Shown here piece after piece: positions 34,530 through 47,500 of a stretch of 60,000 bases of DNA; within the stretch, counting starts at the first letter, position 1, and each line of letters opens with the position of its first letter. The DNA is from Squalus acanthias (taxonomy: Eukaryota): NCBI GenBank assembly GCA_030390025.1, contig CM059432.1, positions 89,592,001-89,652,000 of the forward strand, written 5' to 3'. Both the position numbers and the translations under genes were made by a program. The notes below the pieces were generated by a model. That model had not been told where the DNA came from. It made no database searches and saw only the letters and a program-made list of their open reading frames with translations.

Positions 34530-36190
34530 GGCACTGGTGGTCGATGCCTTTCCTGCTCTTCCTCCTCTGCATGCTCCTTCTCCTCCAGCTGCACTTCATG
34601 TTGCACAGGTGGTGGTGGGAAGAGCTGGTCCCTCATGATGGCAAAGTTATGGAGAATTTATCAGATGATCACAAATCTGGATACTCACTCAGGAGTGTAC
34701 TGCAAAGTTCCTCCGGAACAGTCCAGGCAGAATGCGATGTATAACATACACCATCCCAATTTAACTGCAATGAATCATACATTTTCTTTCCATTAGTTAA
34801 GTTAATCCCTTACTCAGCCCAGACTTTCTGGCTTTACTTGCAGGATTTCAGCTCCACATAACCAGAGGCTGTTCTTCTGCACACGGTGTGGAACATTCTT
34901 CCAAGAAGCCATTTTATTTAGCACCCAAAGAAAATCAAATCCAAGTTCAATGAAGTTGGATTTAGAAATAAAGACCAACTTTAGACTAGTTGGGGCTGAT
35001 TTTCACGGAAAAATTGGCGTTAACGGGGCTGTAGAGGCCTAAAAATGAGGTTGGTAGCTTAACCGCCCTGTTAACCCCGACAATCGGCCCACATTAACTG
35101 TCACAGAGGCCTGCTGCTGGGCAGCCACATCGCCTGCCTGAAACAAGCGGTGGGCCTCTTTCCCATGCAAATCAGGGGCCTAATGATGTAGTTATTGTTT
35201 TAATTCATTTTATGGGATGCATGGGCAGAGCCTATAATGTGAATGCTTCGCCTATGTGTACTGGTGTTTTGATCAGGAAACGGACAGAAAAATTTGCAAA
35301 TTTGTTTTTTGTGGAGCTGGAAGGAGCAAGAATTCTCCCCCTGGCCCCATATAAATGCTGCAGACCGCTGCTGTCAGGCCTCGCCCTACCTCAGCTCACG
35401 TCCCTCCCCTCAGAGCGCCTAGCTGTGGGCTTCTGCCAGCATGTCAGCTGAGGCCAAAGTGTGGCGAGCACCATCAGGAAGCATGTTTGGCATCTGCAGC
35501 TCACCTACCAAATTCAAATGAGGCCAGGGCCTCAAAATTATGGTGGCCTCTTTGTCACTGGAACAGGTGGCCAGTCAGCACTCTCCGCCATCCGAAAGTC
35601 AAAATAATCCCTGTTATATTTAAATTTTTAACTGAATGTATAAAGCATAGAAATAGTCAGTTTACAAATAACAGCAAGCATTTTTATAGTACCTTTAGTA
35701 TAGACAACGTCCCATGGCAAATAATATTAATAGTTACAGGCACCAAAAAAAGTGCAAGACAAAGACTCAGTGAAATGAAGTCAAGACACATTACAGACTC
35801 AGCGAGCAAGCAAAGGAGCAGCTCAGGGCCCGACCCTCTGTTCTATGGCTGGCAAAATGGACTTTATGATGTATGAAGTGGGTATAAAAAAGGTTGCCCT
35901 TTTAAGGCACTGCCCTGGTACCTCCCCATAGGTCAGCAGTGCAGCATACCTGGAATGAGCATGAGGCATAAGGGTTGAAGTGACCTTCACAGCCACTGGT
36001 TTGTTTGCAGGACAACACAATTCTGTTAGTGCCTTTCTCATACACATCCAGATAATGGCGGATGAGCACAGTCCTCTTGAGGTGCAACCATATATGGCAT
36101 TCATCCTTCTCATCCACCTCAAGAAAATGTAAATAGAGCAGGATATCCATAGGGAAATCGATTGTCCGGATTTCTCGAACCTAAGCAAAA
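34530..36190 (-). pseudogene. Older, heavily decayed Harbinger transposase, interrupted by a MITE
   Basis: PVAVKVTSTL / PYASCSFQ...DLWG near 35.9-36.0 kb; CLDCSGGTLQYTPE*VSRFVI..ILHNFAIMR near 34.63-34.73 kb. Confidence 0.7.
34992..35612. mobile_element. Non-autonomous Harbinger element
   Basis: Imperfect TIRs GGGGCTGATTTT / AAAATAATCCCT; GTT on both flanks. Confidence 0.6.
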
Positions 36191-36751
36191 TGTGGTTGTG
36201 TCAGACCCATGGCACAAACACCTCTCACCAACTAAGTGGGCCAAACAAATTTACAAAAGAAAAATGCACAAAGCACTTACAAACTATTCTTTAAAACCAA
36301 TAGATTGTTTTCCTCTATCCCCTTAAATCATCACTTCCACATTCAATGGATGCCTAATAATTCCAAATTGCCACTGTACATAGGCATTTTCAGGAATTAA
36401 TGCAGATCTGGCATAAACACTGGGAAATAGCAAGGGTATCTATTGACATCATTCTCCTCCAGTTTAATGTTCGAATGATGTGCTCGCCTCTTCCTGATGG
36501 GAGTTTCCTACACTGTTTAGAATACCCAACAAGATCCAGTGTAAGTAACTTCCACCCATTCTTGCACTCCGTTACACCCTCACTACACCCATTTATGGGG
36601 TGTAACACAACCAGAAGTCCTAGCTGTTAGGTCTATACATCCTCTCACTGGAGTAAGGCCTTCTCCTTGTTGCACTCCTCCTGTGTACTTGCACCTCACT
36701 TTATGTTTCCCACTCTGATAGCATTATTGGATCAGCTAGCAACACTGTCTA

Positions 36752-37244
36752 GGGCTGATTTTAACTTGGCCATCCAGTGGAAATGGGACAGTAGTGGCCC
36801 TAGAATAGCTGCGTTGCACTTATGACCCTGTTCCTGTCTGGATCCCGCCCGCCGCCATATTTCCCAGGGCCTCCCGTTGGGCAGCCCAGGTGCCCGTCTG
36901 AATCAGACAGGAGCCTCATTACTGCATGCAAATTGGGGTCCTATGACATACCCTCCACCCAGTTGTACTAGGCAATGAGGCAGAAAAGGCCCCAACAGGT
37001 AAGTGCAGAATTATTTTTATTGGGGCCAGGCGGAGCAGGACTGCATCCTGGGACATTGCCGCCCTGGGCTAGCCCCCTCCTGCAATGGGTCCCCTATTCC
37101 GGACCTACCTTCCTGCTGGGCGAGCTTAACAAGGTCAATCAAGGGAAAATAGCGTGAGTTGGCCAGAAGTCGATGGAGGCGGAACAACGACCAGACAAGC
37201 AGTAATCCCGCCTCCAATGTGCCTCCATTGGCAAAATCGCCCCC
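36752..37244. mobile_element. Chimeric Harbinger MITE
   Basis: GGGCTGATTTT left end; 37110-37244 is homologous to 15515-15646, ending TGGCAAAATCGCCCCC; no matching TSD. Confidence 0.6.
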
Positions 37245-38212
37245 ATGGATGCAGGCCATCGGGTCCAGGGGACTTGTCCACCTTTAGTCCCATTAGTTTG
37301 CCTAATGCTTTCTCTAGTGATAGTGATTGTTTTAAGTTCCCCCCCCCACCCCCACCCCAATAGCCCCTTGATTATCCATTATTGGGATGCTTTTAGTGTC
37401 TTCTACCGTGAAAACCGATACAAAATATTTGTTCAAAGTCTCCACCATTTCCCTGTTTCCATTATTAATTCCCCAGACTCATCCTCTAGGGGACCAACAT
37501 TTACTTTAGCTACTCTCTTCCTTCTTATATACCTGTAGAAGCTCTTACTGTCTGTTTTTATATTTCTTGCTAGCTTACTCTCATAAGCTATCTTCTCTCT
37601 TTATCATTTTTTCGTCATTCTTTGCTGGTTTTTAAAAATTTCCCAATCCTCTGGCCTTTCACTATTCTTCGCAACATTGTATGCTTTTGTTTTCAATTTG
37701 ATACCATCCTTTACTTCCTTAGTTAGCCACAGATAGTTCATCCTTCTCTTAGAGTCTTTTTTTCTCACTGGAATATATCTTTGCTGAGAGTTATGACATA
37801 TCTCCTTAAATGTTTGCCACTGCTTTTCTACTGTCTTACCCTGTAATATATTTTCCCAGTCCACTTTAACCAAGTCTGTCTTCATACCTTTATAATTACC
37901 TTGGTTTAAGTTCAGGACACTAGTTTGAGACCTAGCTTTCTCACCCTCAAACTGAATTTGAAATTCTACCATGCTATGATCACTCTTCCCAAGAGGATCC
38001 TTCACTTCGAGATCATTAATTAATCTAGCCTCGTTACACATTATCAGATCTAAAATAGACTTCTCCCTGGTTGGTTCCACAACATATTGTTCCAAGAAAC
38101 CATCCCGTATACACTCTAAGAACTCTTCCTCAAGTCTACCTTTTGCCAATTTGCTTTGTCCAATCAATATGAAGATTAAAATCTCCCATGATTATAGTCG
38201 TACCTTTCTTAC
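37245..38212 (-). mobile_element. CR1 fragment (endonuclease/linker region)
   Basis: ORF 37604-38167 EEEFLECIRDGFLEQYV...LGKSDH. Confidence 0.9.
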
Positions 38213-38249
38213 AGGGTCCTTCCTAGCCACTCATACTTTTATACACCTC

Positions 38250-38983
38250 AATTAGGTCTCCCCTCAGCCTCCTCTGTTCCAAAGAAAACAACCCAGCCTA
38301 GCCAATCATTCCTCATAGCTAAAATTCCCCAGCCCAGGCAACATCCTCATAAATCTCCTCTGCACCCCCTCTAGTCCAATCACATCCTTCCTGTAATGTG
38401 GTGACCAGAACTGCATGCAGTATTCTAGCTGTGGCCTAATTAGTGTTTTATACAGTTCAAGCATACCCTCCCTGCTCTTATATTCTATGCCTTGGCTAAT
38501 AAAGGCAAGTATCCCATATGCCTTCTTAACCACCTTATCTACCTGTCCTGCTACCTTCAGGGATCTGTGGACATGCACTCCAAGGTTCCTCTGATCTTCT
38601 GCACTTCTCAGTGTCCTACCATTTATTGTGTATTCCCTTGCCTTGTTAGCCCTCCCCAAATGCATTACCTCACACTTCTCCAGATTGAATTCCATTTGCC
38701 ACTATTCTGCCCACCTGATGTTGATATCTTCCTGCAGTCTGCAGCTTTCTTCTTCATTATCAACCACACGGCTAATTTTTGTATCATCTGCAAACTTCTT
38801 AATCATACTTCCTACATTCAAGCCCAAATCATTGATATATACCACAAAAAGCAAAGGTCCCTATACTGAGCCCTGCGGAACCCCACTGGAAACAGCCTTC
38901 CAGTCACAAAAACACCCTTCGGCCATTACCCTTTGTTTCCTGCCTCTAAGTCAATTTTGGATCCAACTTGCTACTTTGCCTTG
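38250..38983 (-). mobile_element. CR1 fragment (RT C-terminal region)
   Basis: ORF 38306-38695 EKCEVMHLG...LEYCMQFWSPHY. Confidence 0.9.
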
Positions 38984-39229
38984 GAAACAAACCATCTTTG
39001 CTGGCATGCCAGCTGCCGCCATCTTGGCAAGGGCTATTAGATGGGCAGCCGGAGCGTCCGCCTGTTTCAGGCAGGAGGTCACTTTTAAGATGCATACGGG
39101 GGTCCTGTGATGTACAAATGAACCTGATTGCGATTGTGAGGTACAAACGGCTAGCGTGTGCACCCCACATAGTTCGTTCATTTGTACCGGCTTTGAGCGG
39201 CCCAGCCAGTGGCCACTCAAAGCCGGTAT

Positions 39230-39735
39230 AACTGAACACAGTACTTTACAAGCAGTCTGACCAAGGCATTGTACAGTTTAACATGACATCTTCAGACATA
39301 TACTCAACTCACCAGTAATATAATTAAGCATTCTAGTTGCTTTTCTTATTGCTGTCCCACAGTGCTTTGACCTGCCAAATCTACTATCACCTCCAGATGC
39401 CTTTCTACTTCACCTTTACCTATTTCTACACCCTCCATGGTATTCTTATGACATCCAGTTCTCCTTCCAATGTGTCATACGTTGCACCAATCTACTGAAT
39501 TTCATCTGCCACTAATTTTTCCAATTGCTGATTTTATTTCCTTTTGTTGGCCTCTGACTGTTTCATCCATCCTGACTGCCCCAAAGCCCAATACATGTCT
39601 ACATCTAATTCACTAATTTAGATTAGGAATAGTACAAGTCCCAGCACTGATTCCTGTGCTACTTCACTCAATATTTTCTCACCAATCTGCAACAAGCACT
39701 GACTGTTTTCTTTCCTTCACCCAATTTTGTATTCA
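39230..39735 (-). mobile_element. Very decayed CR1 RT fragment
   Basis: Reverse complement shows CAGGAATCAGTGCTGGGAC (QGSVLG-like) and TGGCAGATGAAATTCA (WQMKF). Confidence 0.5.
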
Positions 39736-40246
39736 AGATGGCACTGAGAGGCTGGACAGTAGCAGCTGGCACCCCCCGGAATGACCAGGAATTTCCCAGA
39801 ATATCAGGGGTACCTCTTCCGAGCTGTGCGTCCGGCAGCCCGGGAGGTCAGCTAGGAGCCGCAACCATGTGGAGTGCAGTTGGCAGGGGGCTGGAGAGTC
39901 AGGACTGTCAGTCAACATTTTCCACAGATCCACGAGTAGCTGCAGCAAGGTGGTGAGTGGGAGCGGCACTGAGAGAGGAACAGCCAGTAAAGGGATGAAT
40001 AAAACCCAGAGACCTTCCTGTGGGTAAATAGTGGAAGATTATTTCCACTGGTGGGTGAATGGGGAACGAGGGAACGGAAAACCTTCGCACAAAACCGGAG
40101 TCGAGTCCAAACCAGAGTCCAAGGAGATAGGGAGCAAGATCGGGCCTGTTAAAAGAGGCATCGACTGAGGAGCCTGACTGCACCTTGTGCAGTACAGGGG
40201 GATTCTGGCTATGGTTTCAGGGTGAATATCAGTGGGTTATAGGATT

Positions 40247-40767
40247 ACAACAACAAAAACAACAATAACATTTATATAGCGCCCTTAAAATAGTAAAACG
40301 TCCCAAGATGCGGGTAGTGTGTTTGATGTAGTCTTTTTGGATTTTAGCAAGGCTTTTGACAAGGTTCCACATGGCAGACTGGTCAGAAAAGTAAAAGCCT
40401 ATGGGATCCAAGGGAAAGTGGCAAGTTGGATCCAAAATTGGCTCAGTGGCAGGAAACAAAGGGTAATGGCCAATGGGTGTTTTTGTGACTGAAAAGCTGT
40501 TTCCAGTGGGTTTTCCCAGGGGTCAGTACTAGGTGTCTTGCTTTTTGTGGTATATATCAATGATTTAGACTTCAATGTAGGGGGCATGATTAAGAAGTTT
40601 GCAGATGATACAAAAATTGGCCATGTGGTTGATAGTGAGGAAGAAAGCTGCAGAAAGATATCAATGGATTGGTCAGGTGGGCAGAAAAGTGGCAAATGGA
40701 ATTCAATCCGGAGAAGTGTGAGGTAATGCATTTGGGGAGGGCTAACAAGGCAAGGAAATACACAATG
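40247..40767. mobile_element. L2 3' tail (minus strand, about 40247-40310) followed by a CR1 RT fragment (plus strand)
   Basis: (CAA)n-CATTTATATAGCGCC tail; DFSKAFDKVPH, KFADDTK, WQMEFNPEKCEV. Confidence 0.8.
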
Positions 40768-41379
40768 GGCCATAATTTGCGGCCCCTACGGGTGCGTATG
40801 AGATGTGTACACGCCCGTAAGGGCCGCACAAGTTCCGGGTTTTTGTGCATGAAGCGTATGCGCGAAAACCCGGAACTTTCTTGACAGATCCAACGCATCC
40901 CCAGGAAAAGGGCATCCGCGGGCAGAATGTTGGGCTATTTGCCCAACTTCTGCCCAGCGAATGCCCGTGAAATTCTTACGCCTGGTAAAAGCAGAGTTTT
41001 ACCAGTATTACTATTATTCATCAGCGCAATTTCAGTGTGTTACCATTGATACTGGTGGAATCAAAGTTCCTCCCACCTCTGTTTTCCCCTCTGTGAATCG
41101 CTCTCCCACTTTTGGATTCCACGCCCTCGGTTTCCCTGCTCACGGGTGGCCTCCTGGTTCTTGGAACTTGTCGCACAACAGCTGCTGGCGCAAAACCACG
41201 AGCAAAATAACTCAACTGCCGAGGACCCAACCTTTATAAGGTAAATGCAGTAACATTTGTAAAAGTCATGTGATCAGCTATCATGTGATCAGGCATCACG
41301 TGGTCAGATGTCATGTGGTCAGAATGTCATGTGATCAACCCGATACACTGCTAACCCACCTGCCGTTAAAATCGGGGCC
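40768..41379. mobile_element. Harbinger MITE-derived composite
   Basis: Left ~230 bp homologous to 19595-19835; right end AAAATCGGGGCC; no matching TSD. Confidence 0.6.
41265..41338 (+). repeat. Five ~15-bp tandem units, each with an E-box (CATGTG or CACGTG)
   Basis: GTCATGTGATCAGCT ATCATGTGATCAGGC ATCACGTGGTCAGAT GTCATGTGGTCAGAAT GTCATGTGATCAA. Confidence 0.85.
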
Positions 41380-44376
41380 TTTGAATTTCCACTGCTTTCA
41401 GCTTCAGAAGCAGACTTCCACGAGGAACTTTTTTTCAAAGGTTTTTTGGAAATTTAAGTAAACATTTAGACTTAAATTAACTGGATTAATTAACCAACAG
41501 TAATAATAGGAATTAGTTTCACAGCATCAAATATCATATATCTAATATGCTATTGGCTTTATATCGGCCAAAGTATTCTTAACATCTTGATCATAGCTCC
41601 CTATGTTTTTTTATGGCTGGCGGAATCAGTGTTAGGACCTGAAAAAAATCTAAACAATGGCGATTTTGAAAATATTTAAATTATTACTGGCGATCACATA
41701 AATACTATAGGCTAAATGATAAAACATACTCTGATTAATGAAGTCCTATTCATTTAATTGTAACAGCTGTCAATAGCTTACTAGAATTACTAAGTTAATT
41801 CCTTTAACAGACAAAAGAAACCTTTGGAAAATGGCAGAAGCAATAAATGAGAATGGAAGCATTTTACATAATGTTTGAAAGCGGCAGACTCGCTGACAGC
41901 AATCATTGGTGCCTGCTACCTTCCTCCTTGAGTGAATTCATAGATATTGTTGGGGGAGGGGTGGTATTTGCTGATTTTCAGGCAGGCTATGCCCTTAAAT
42001 AGGGTTCAAAAAATCTTGAAACATTACCATTTTGCGACAGAGAAGTAAAAGAAAGCATGGACTGTGAGGTGATATGCACAATCAGCATCCAAAACAATAG
42101 AATTTGGCACAATGCCAGGAAACAAATGCATATAAGCTTTAAAGCTGCTTAGCTAGTCACGGTTTCCTCACTGTAATAGGCAAATACACCCCAGCCTTTT
42201 GCCCCATACCTTAGGTTCGAATGATCCTAATATTAGCGTTATGGATACAGGGCTGCCAATACAATAGACGATACCCCTGTTTCTTGCATGAATCCTTTGA
42301 TCCCTCCTCACCTGTTTTTGCAAAATTTCTACAGCCTTCTCATCCTCTTTTTTATAGGTATTCTGTCTCATTACACTACAGCAATCCCTCTTTGCTTAAT
42401 TGCTTCCCTTTTTGTTTAACTTTTCTCATGCTTCTACCCTTTCTTGCTTATTTTTAAAAGCCTCTTTTAGGTTGTTTCCTGCTTAATATCATAATGTTGG
42501 CTGACAAGTTGGGTACAAGATGAATTAATTACAGACACCAAACCTTACTTGGAGAAAGATAAACATACAAAAAAAATCTCACTAAACTGAGTAAGGCTTA
42601 CTATGCGCATGTTTAATTTGTGTTCTCTTTGTACACTGCACTGGAATATAGACATGCTTCAAAATGAATGGGAAAATGAATGGGTGCCTTCTCCGTGTGT
42701 TTAAAAAATGATCAATCTGGTTTGTTCCGAGATGAAGAGGTTTTGTATGTCGAAGATTTGTATATGTTAACACTTTAGGAATGTGGTGGTAATATATTTG
42801 AAATACAATACCTAACCATCCTAATCTTTGTGAGTGCAAGGCAGAAAAGGCTTTGAAGTGTAAATTTGAAAACTAAGTGATGTTGGTTATTCTGGAAAAA
42901 ACATGAAAGCTAATATATTAAAGAAAGATATATTACCGTGACAGTTTGCTGCGAAAGGCTGGTATAACAAACAGGAATCTTTATTTACATAGAATGTTGA
43001 TTTTTTTTTCCTCTTGAATACTGTAAGAAATAGCTGTGTTGCCACTAGGTGGCTTTTTCTGATCAAATATTTTTTTCTCACAATTAGTCTTTAATACCTT
43101 GGCAATATAAACAAAGATAAAATATTAACTATCTAACACATCTGGGCTGCTAGCACAGTCTACTAATTTTGATCTCATTTCTCTGCCACCTTTAATTATA
43201 GTCTCAAATCTAAGTTTTATAGATCAATAATTTTAATTTCTGAAGTGTCTTTTGATCCTTACATTTCAAGTTTGTTTGTAAAAAAAAATGAGCTGTAGAA
43301 CAAAGCTGATAATTTATGCGGAAAACAGTCTCCCAGCAGAGCTTACAAGCACATTCCTAGCCATCAACAGCAGAACGCAGACTAGGCTTGACACTGGTCT
43401 AATTAGCATGCAGATATGCATCGCCTCATTGGAAATTCAAATTGCTTTTTTTATAATGTACCTCAAATTGTGCTACTTCAAACATTGTATTTGATTTCCA
43501 AAGCCCCCTGGGCATCACATAATGTCTAGCTTCATCCAGGGTATGGAGCATTTATTGAACAATCTGCCGCGACTGTGCCTGGCTTTCGGAAAACACCCAA
43601 ACATTGTAGCCCTGGGACCAGCTTTCCATCCTGTCAGACAGCAAATATTCTCCTTTGGAATTCGGGATGCCACGTTTTGTAGGTTTAGTGACGATACGTG
43701 AAATCTTCATCCCACAGTGGCAGCTCTGTGGAGAGTTGCCTCTTTGTGCCACACGTTGTGGGGAGGGAGTGTTCATTTTCAACTCAGCACACATGAATAT
43801 GTGGCACATAACTGCAGCTGTGAATGCCAGTATTCCATTCTTCAATAAGCAAAATGGCCAGATCACAGTGATTGTGCTTCTTTTCCTTCTCTTACACAAG
43901 GCGCCGTCTGTTGTAGCGTATCAGTGTCAGTGTTGTGAGTTATGTGTGAAAAGTTGTCTGAGGCATACATGACATGTAAGGATATTCCTGCCAACATCAG
44001 GGCCCCTATTGCCATGCAGCAACAAGTGGCAGAATCAATGGTGTACAGTTATTCAGCAATGTAATTCATTTCACTGGCTTTGGCTTCTGGCCAGCTCCGC
44101 CATCTGTCTCTCTCTCTCTCTCTCGCTCGCATTTGCCCTAGATTTCGTAATGTTACGTGCTTGCCATCCTTATTCCATGTCAGAGGTACAGCACAAGTCT
44201 CGTCCCCGTTCCGACGCAAATTTTACATCAGTCCGGTGCAGTGGCATATTGGTCAATGCCATGCGAAAGGAAAGAGTAAGTGAACGCAGAGGTATGACTG
44301 TAAGGACATGGTATTCTTGTTTCCGATACCTGGTATATCAGCATTTATTTAAAGCAGTGAAAGGGATCTAACTCAC

Positions 44377-44562
44377 ATGGTGACTTCCTCTGCTTCGTTA
44401 GACCGTCTTCGTTATCCTTATCGGATACTGGCATTGCATGCCACCGCACAGCTCGTGGGGGTGCCTACAGTATAATGCTTGTAGATAACTGCCACCAAGC
44501 AGCCTCCTGCCTTGAAAATAGGGCGACTACTCCAGGATCTTATGCATGCTTGCTGTTTGAAG
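44377..44562 (-). CDS. Candidate host exon with 5' UTR and start codon (CDS 44434-44377, MPVSDKDNEDGLTKQRKSP); gene unknown
   Basis: Acceptor TTCACTTTTCTGCAG ends at 44563 and donor GTGAGT is at 44376-44371 on the minus strand. In-frame TAG upstream of the ATG. CpG-retaining, repeat-free context. Confidence 0.35.
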
Positions 44563-47500
44563 CTGCAGAAAAGTGAATAATCAATTAACTATTGATTTCT
44601 TGTAAGTTTTGGTAAATTTCAAAGGCAAGACAAAGAGCATGGTTTAAACAGAACACAGCGGGGACCTGGCGTAAATTAGACAACAAACAGCAGTCTGGAA
44701 TAAACTAACGCCTCATCAGAAAACCATCTTGGAAGAATTAATGCTAGCTGTTGGAAGACAATGGTTGCTTTAATCAAAGCGGCAGGCAAACAACAGTATT
44801 ACTCGTGAATGTGAAAGCGGATCTAATTATAACTGCCCGCAATTTTATGGTGGTTTCGAGTAGTGTAACAGATGCAAAGGTGTTCTCTTTATGAAGCAAG
44901 AAGCGAACCTTGAAATATGGCTTATGGATTATAATGCCTTTTTGAGATTTTAAAACCTTCCAATTCATCAAAACTGCAGTGCAGTTTAATATGTTTATCA
45001 GGAGGTATTTCTATTCCATCATAAGATACGTACACATCGGTCGTATCATCTGACATAGATAATCTCTGTTTGTAATCCTACATTTATTGCTTGTTTTATT
45101 TCCGGTATTAAGTAAATATATTGAACGTGGTCTGTAAGTAGGTTGATACTGTATATGTTTAAATGTTGCAGTCCTTTCTCTATGTTTCATTTGCAGTTAA
45201 AAAATACAGATAAGAATTGATTGGCGTAAATTTTGTTATTAAGCACTTTGAAATATAGTACAATGGTGAAGAAATTGTCAGCTGATGAGATCTATAATTA
45301 CCGCGGTATTATTTCCAGAAAAAATGAGCTATGGATTTTGACTATAAAGCAGAATGTTCTAATCAGTGGTGTAGCCTGTGATGCTGTTAGTATGCAAAGC
45401 ACTTCTTTTATGTAAGGCAGAGTGCAATAATATTTTAACTCTTTCTTCACTTGCAATATTACTACAGTATATTGCGTTTTCCAAAAGCAATTGCTTTATT
45501 TTGAACACTGGTCTTAAAAAGGTTCATTTCTTTCCAGTTTGCTTTGTATCTTTAAACCATAAAAATTATGCTGAGAGTTGTAAATCAGCAAGATCAGACG
45601 TGGGCGATTTTCCTGCACAAAGAGAAAGTCATCCAGAGGCCATTCCATTCTTTTTGTATCCAGAAGAACCAATTTTATTCAAACTGCCACACAAAGCCGT
45701 GTCAGAGAACACTATAACCCTATTCACGCAGGCATTTTTAATTTGATCTTGCTCTTAGCAGAACTGTGTAAACATGGCCAAGTACCAACATCTAAACTGA
45801 ATACAAACTAGAAACTCAAGTTATACTTGGAATCATAATCACTTTAGCATGAGAACATGAAAACTGAAGTAAGTATAGGTTAGCGATCCAGAATCCTGTG
45901 CACTGAGTATGCTTACTAATTGTATGTGATAATAATAGATCAAAAGTAACATGCACAGTAAAGTCGTCAAATGAGGACCACTTCTGGATTGATTTCAGAT
46001 GTCATTTATAGGCAAGTGGTCTCCTATTATAGGTGCAAGGCACAAATATTCTAAGACTGAATTTAGGGCATATTAGTGGAGTATGAATGAGATACGCCTA
46101 GTCTTGTATTGATATTATATGTGAAGGGAGTTATGTTAAGCTCCCTTAAGGTATTTATGTATAAGTTTGAATTTACAGTATGTTTTACAACACTTCCCTA
46201 TGTAAAATCAAGGTAGAATGATTTCTTTTAATTGACCAATTGGACTTAAAATGTGCCCGACATGCCAAGTTAAATGGTACAAAAGCCAATTTGATGACAT
46301 GTCATAATTGGTAACAGATGAGCTTGAAAATGTTAAATTCTGTAGGGACCAAACATGTTGCTGTCTCAATCAGATTAAACGGGTGGATTCTGTAAGCAAG
46401 TTTTCTATTTATAGGCTTGCATCATCTTATTGTTGGGACTGACATTAAGTAATCACTGTGGACCCATTGTTCTTCCATACAAATGATCTAAAAGACATGT
46501 TTCCCTCAAGATGCACCAGTTGCTGCTTTATGTCCTGCCAGTTAACTTAACAAACTAATACCACATGTCAACATTTTATTTTAACTAAAATATATATTAA
46601 AATCAATTTATTTATACTTAAATATAGTTTAAAATACTTCATTACAATTTGCACATTAATTTATCATAGTTTCTTCTTCATACATTAGTAGGTGGCACGG
46701 AACATATTAATCTAATAATGTGTTAATTGTGTTATGATCCAGAGGCCACAAATTAATCATTCAAGAAGTGTGGATTTGCCATGAATGAGGATCTTTTCCA
46801 TTTTGTAAAGACAAGATCACCATTTTAGTGGATACAGAATCATAATGTAACTTTTGGTAAATTCAGATTTGCTGTTTTAACTCCCCTTGTATCAAGTGTC
46901 AGTACAACTGGAAATATGCTGTGGATTGATTTGGTGCCTCCTTTTTGTTATAGAACTGCTATTACTAGAACCTTACTGTTAACAGAACTATAGGAATGGT
47001 TCTGTCATATTCTGGAGCTCCCAGTGCTGTGGAACACATCTAACATGTGGGCAGCTTTTCGTAAGTCATGAATTACAACTTTCATTCCTGGCTGTGGGAT
47101 TTCCTCAATGATGAGAAAAGATTGGTGCAAGCCAGTGAAGAAGGAACAACATTTCTGGCCTGTAGAGGCAATGTTTATAGTTGCTGCTGACAGCTTCACT
47201 GCTGCCAGAGGACCATGGGAGTAGCAGCTCTTTAGGAACTACCACCCGTTTGGATGTAGTAGACTACCCCATTACATTACTGCGCCACCACCCAAGTCAG
47301 TACTACCAGGAAATTACCTTATTTTAAATGGCACATCCCAAAATATTACATATCCATCAAGAGTATTCTGGGAAAAACAGCAAAGGGCACTCACTTGCAG
47401 TATTCATGTTATTAAGAATTAATGTGCATATTAGCATGGTTCATTCTCTGCACCAGCTTTAAAAAGTAGTACAATGTCACTGAAAGTATCAGCCTTGCAC

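Noticed and set aside
41265..41338. CRISPR-like repeat array
   Set aside because: Units abut with no unique spacers; eukaryotic context with no cas genes.
44261..44281. Plus-strand micro-exon ATG CGA AAG GAA AGA followed by GTAAGT
   Set aside because: Only five codons and no other support; the minus-strand candidate has both splice sites. Not fully excluded.
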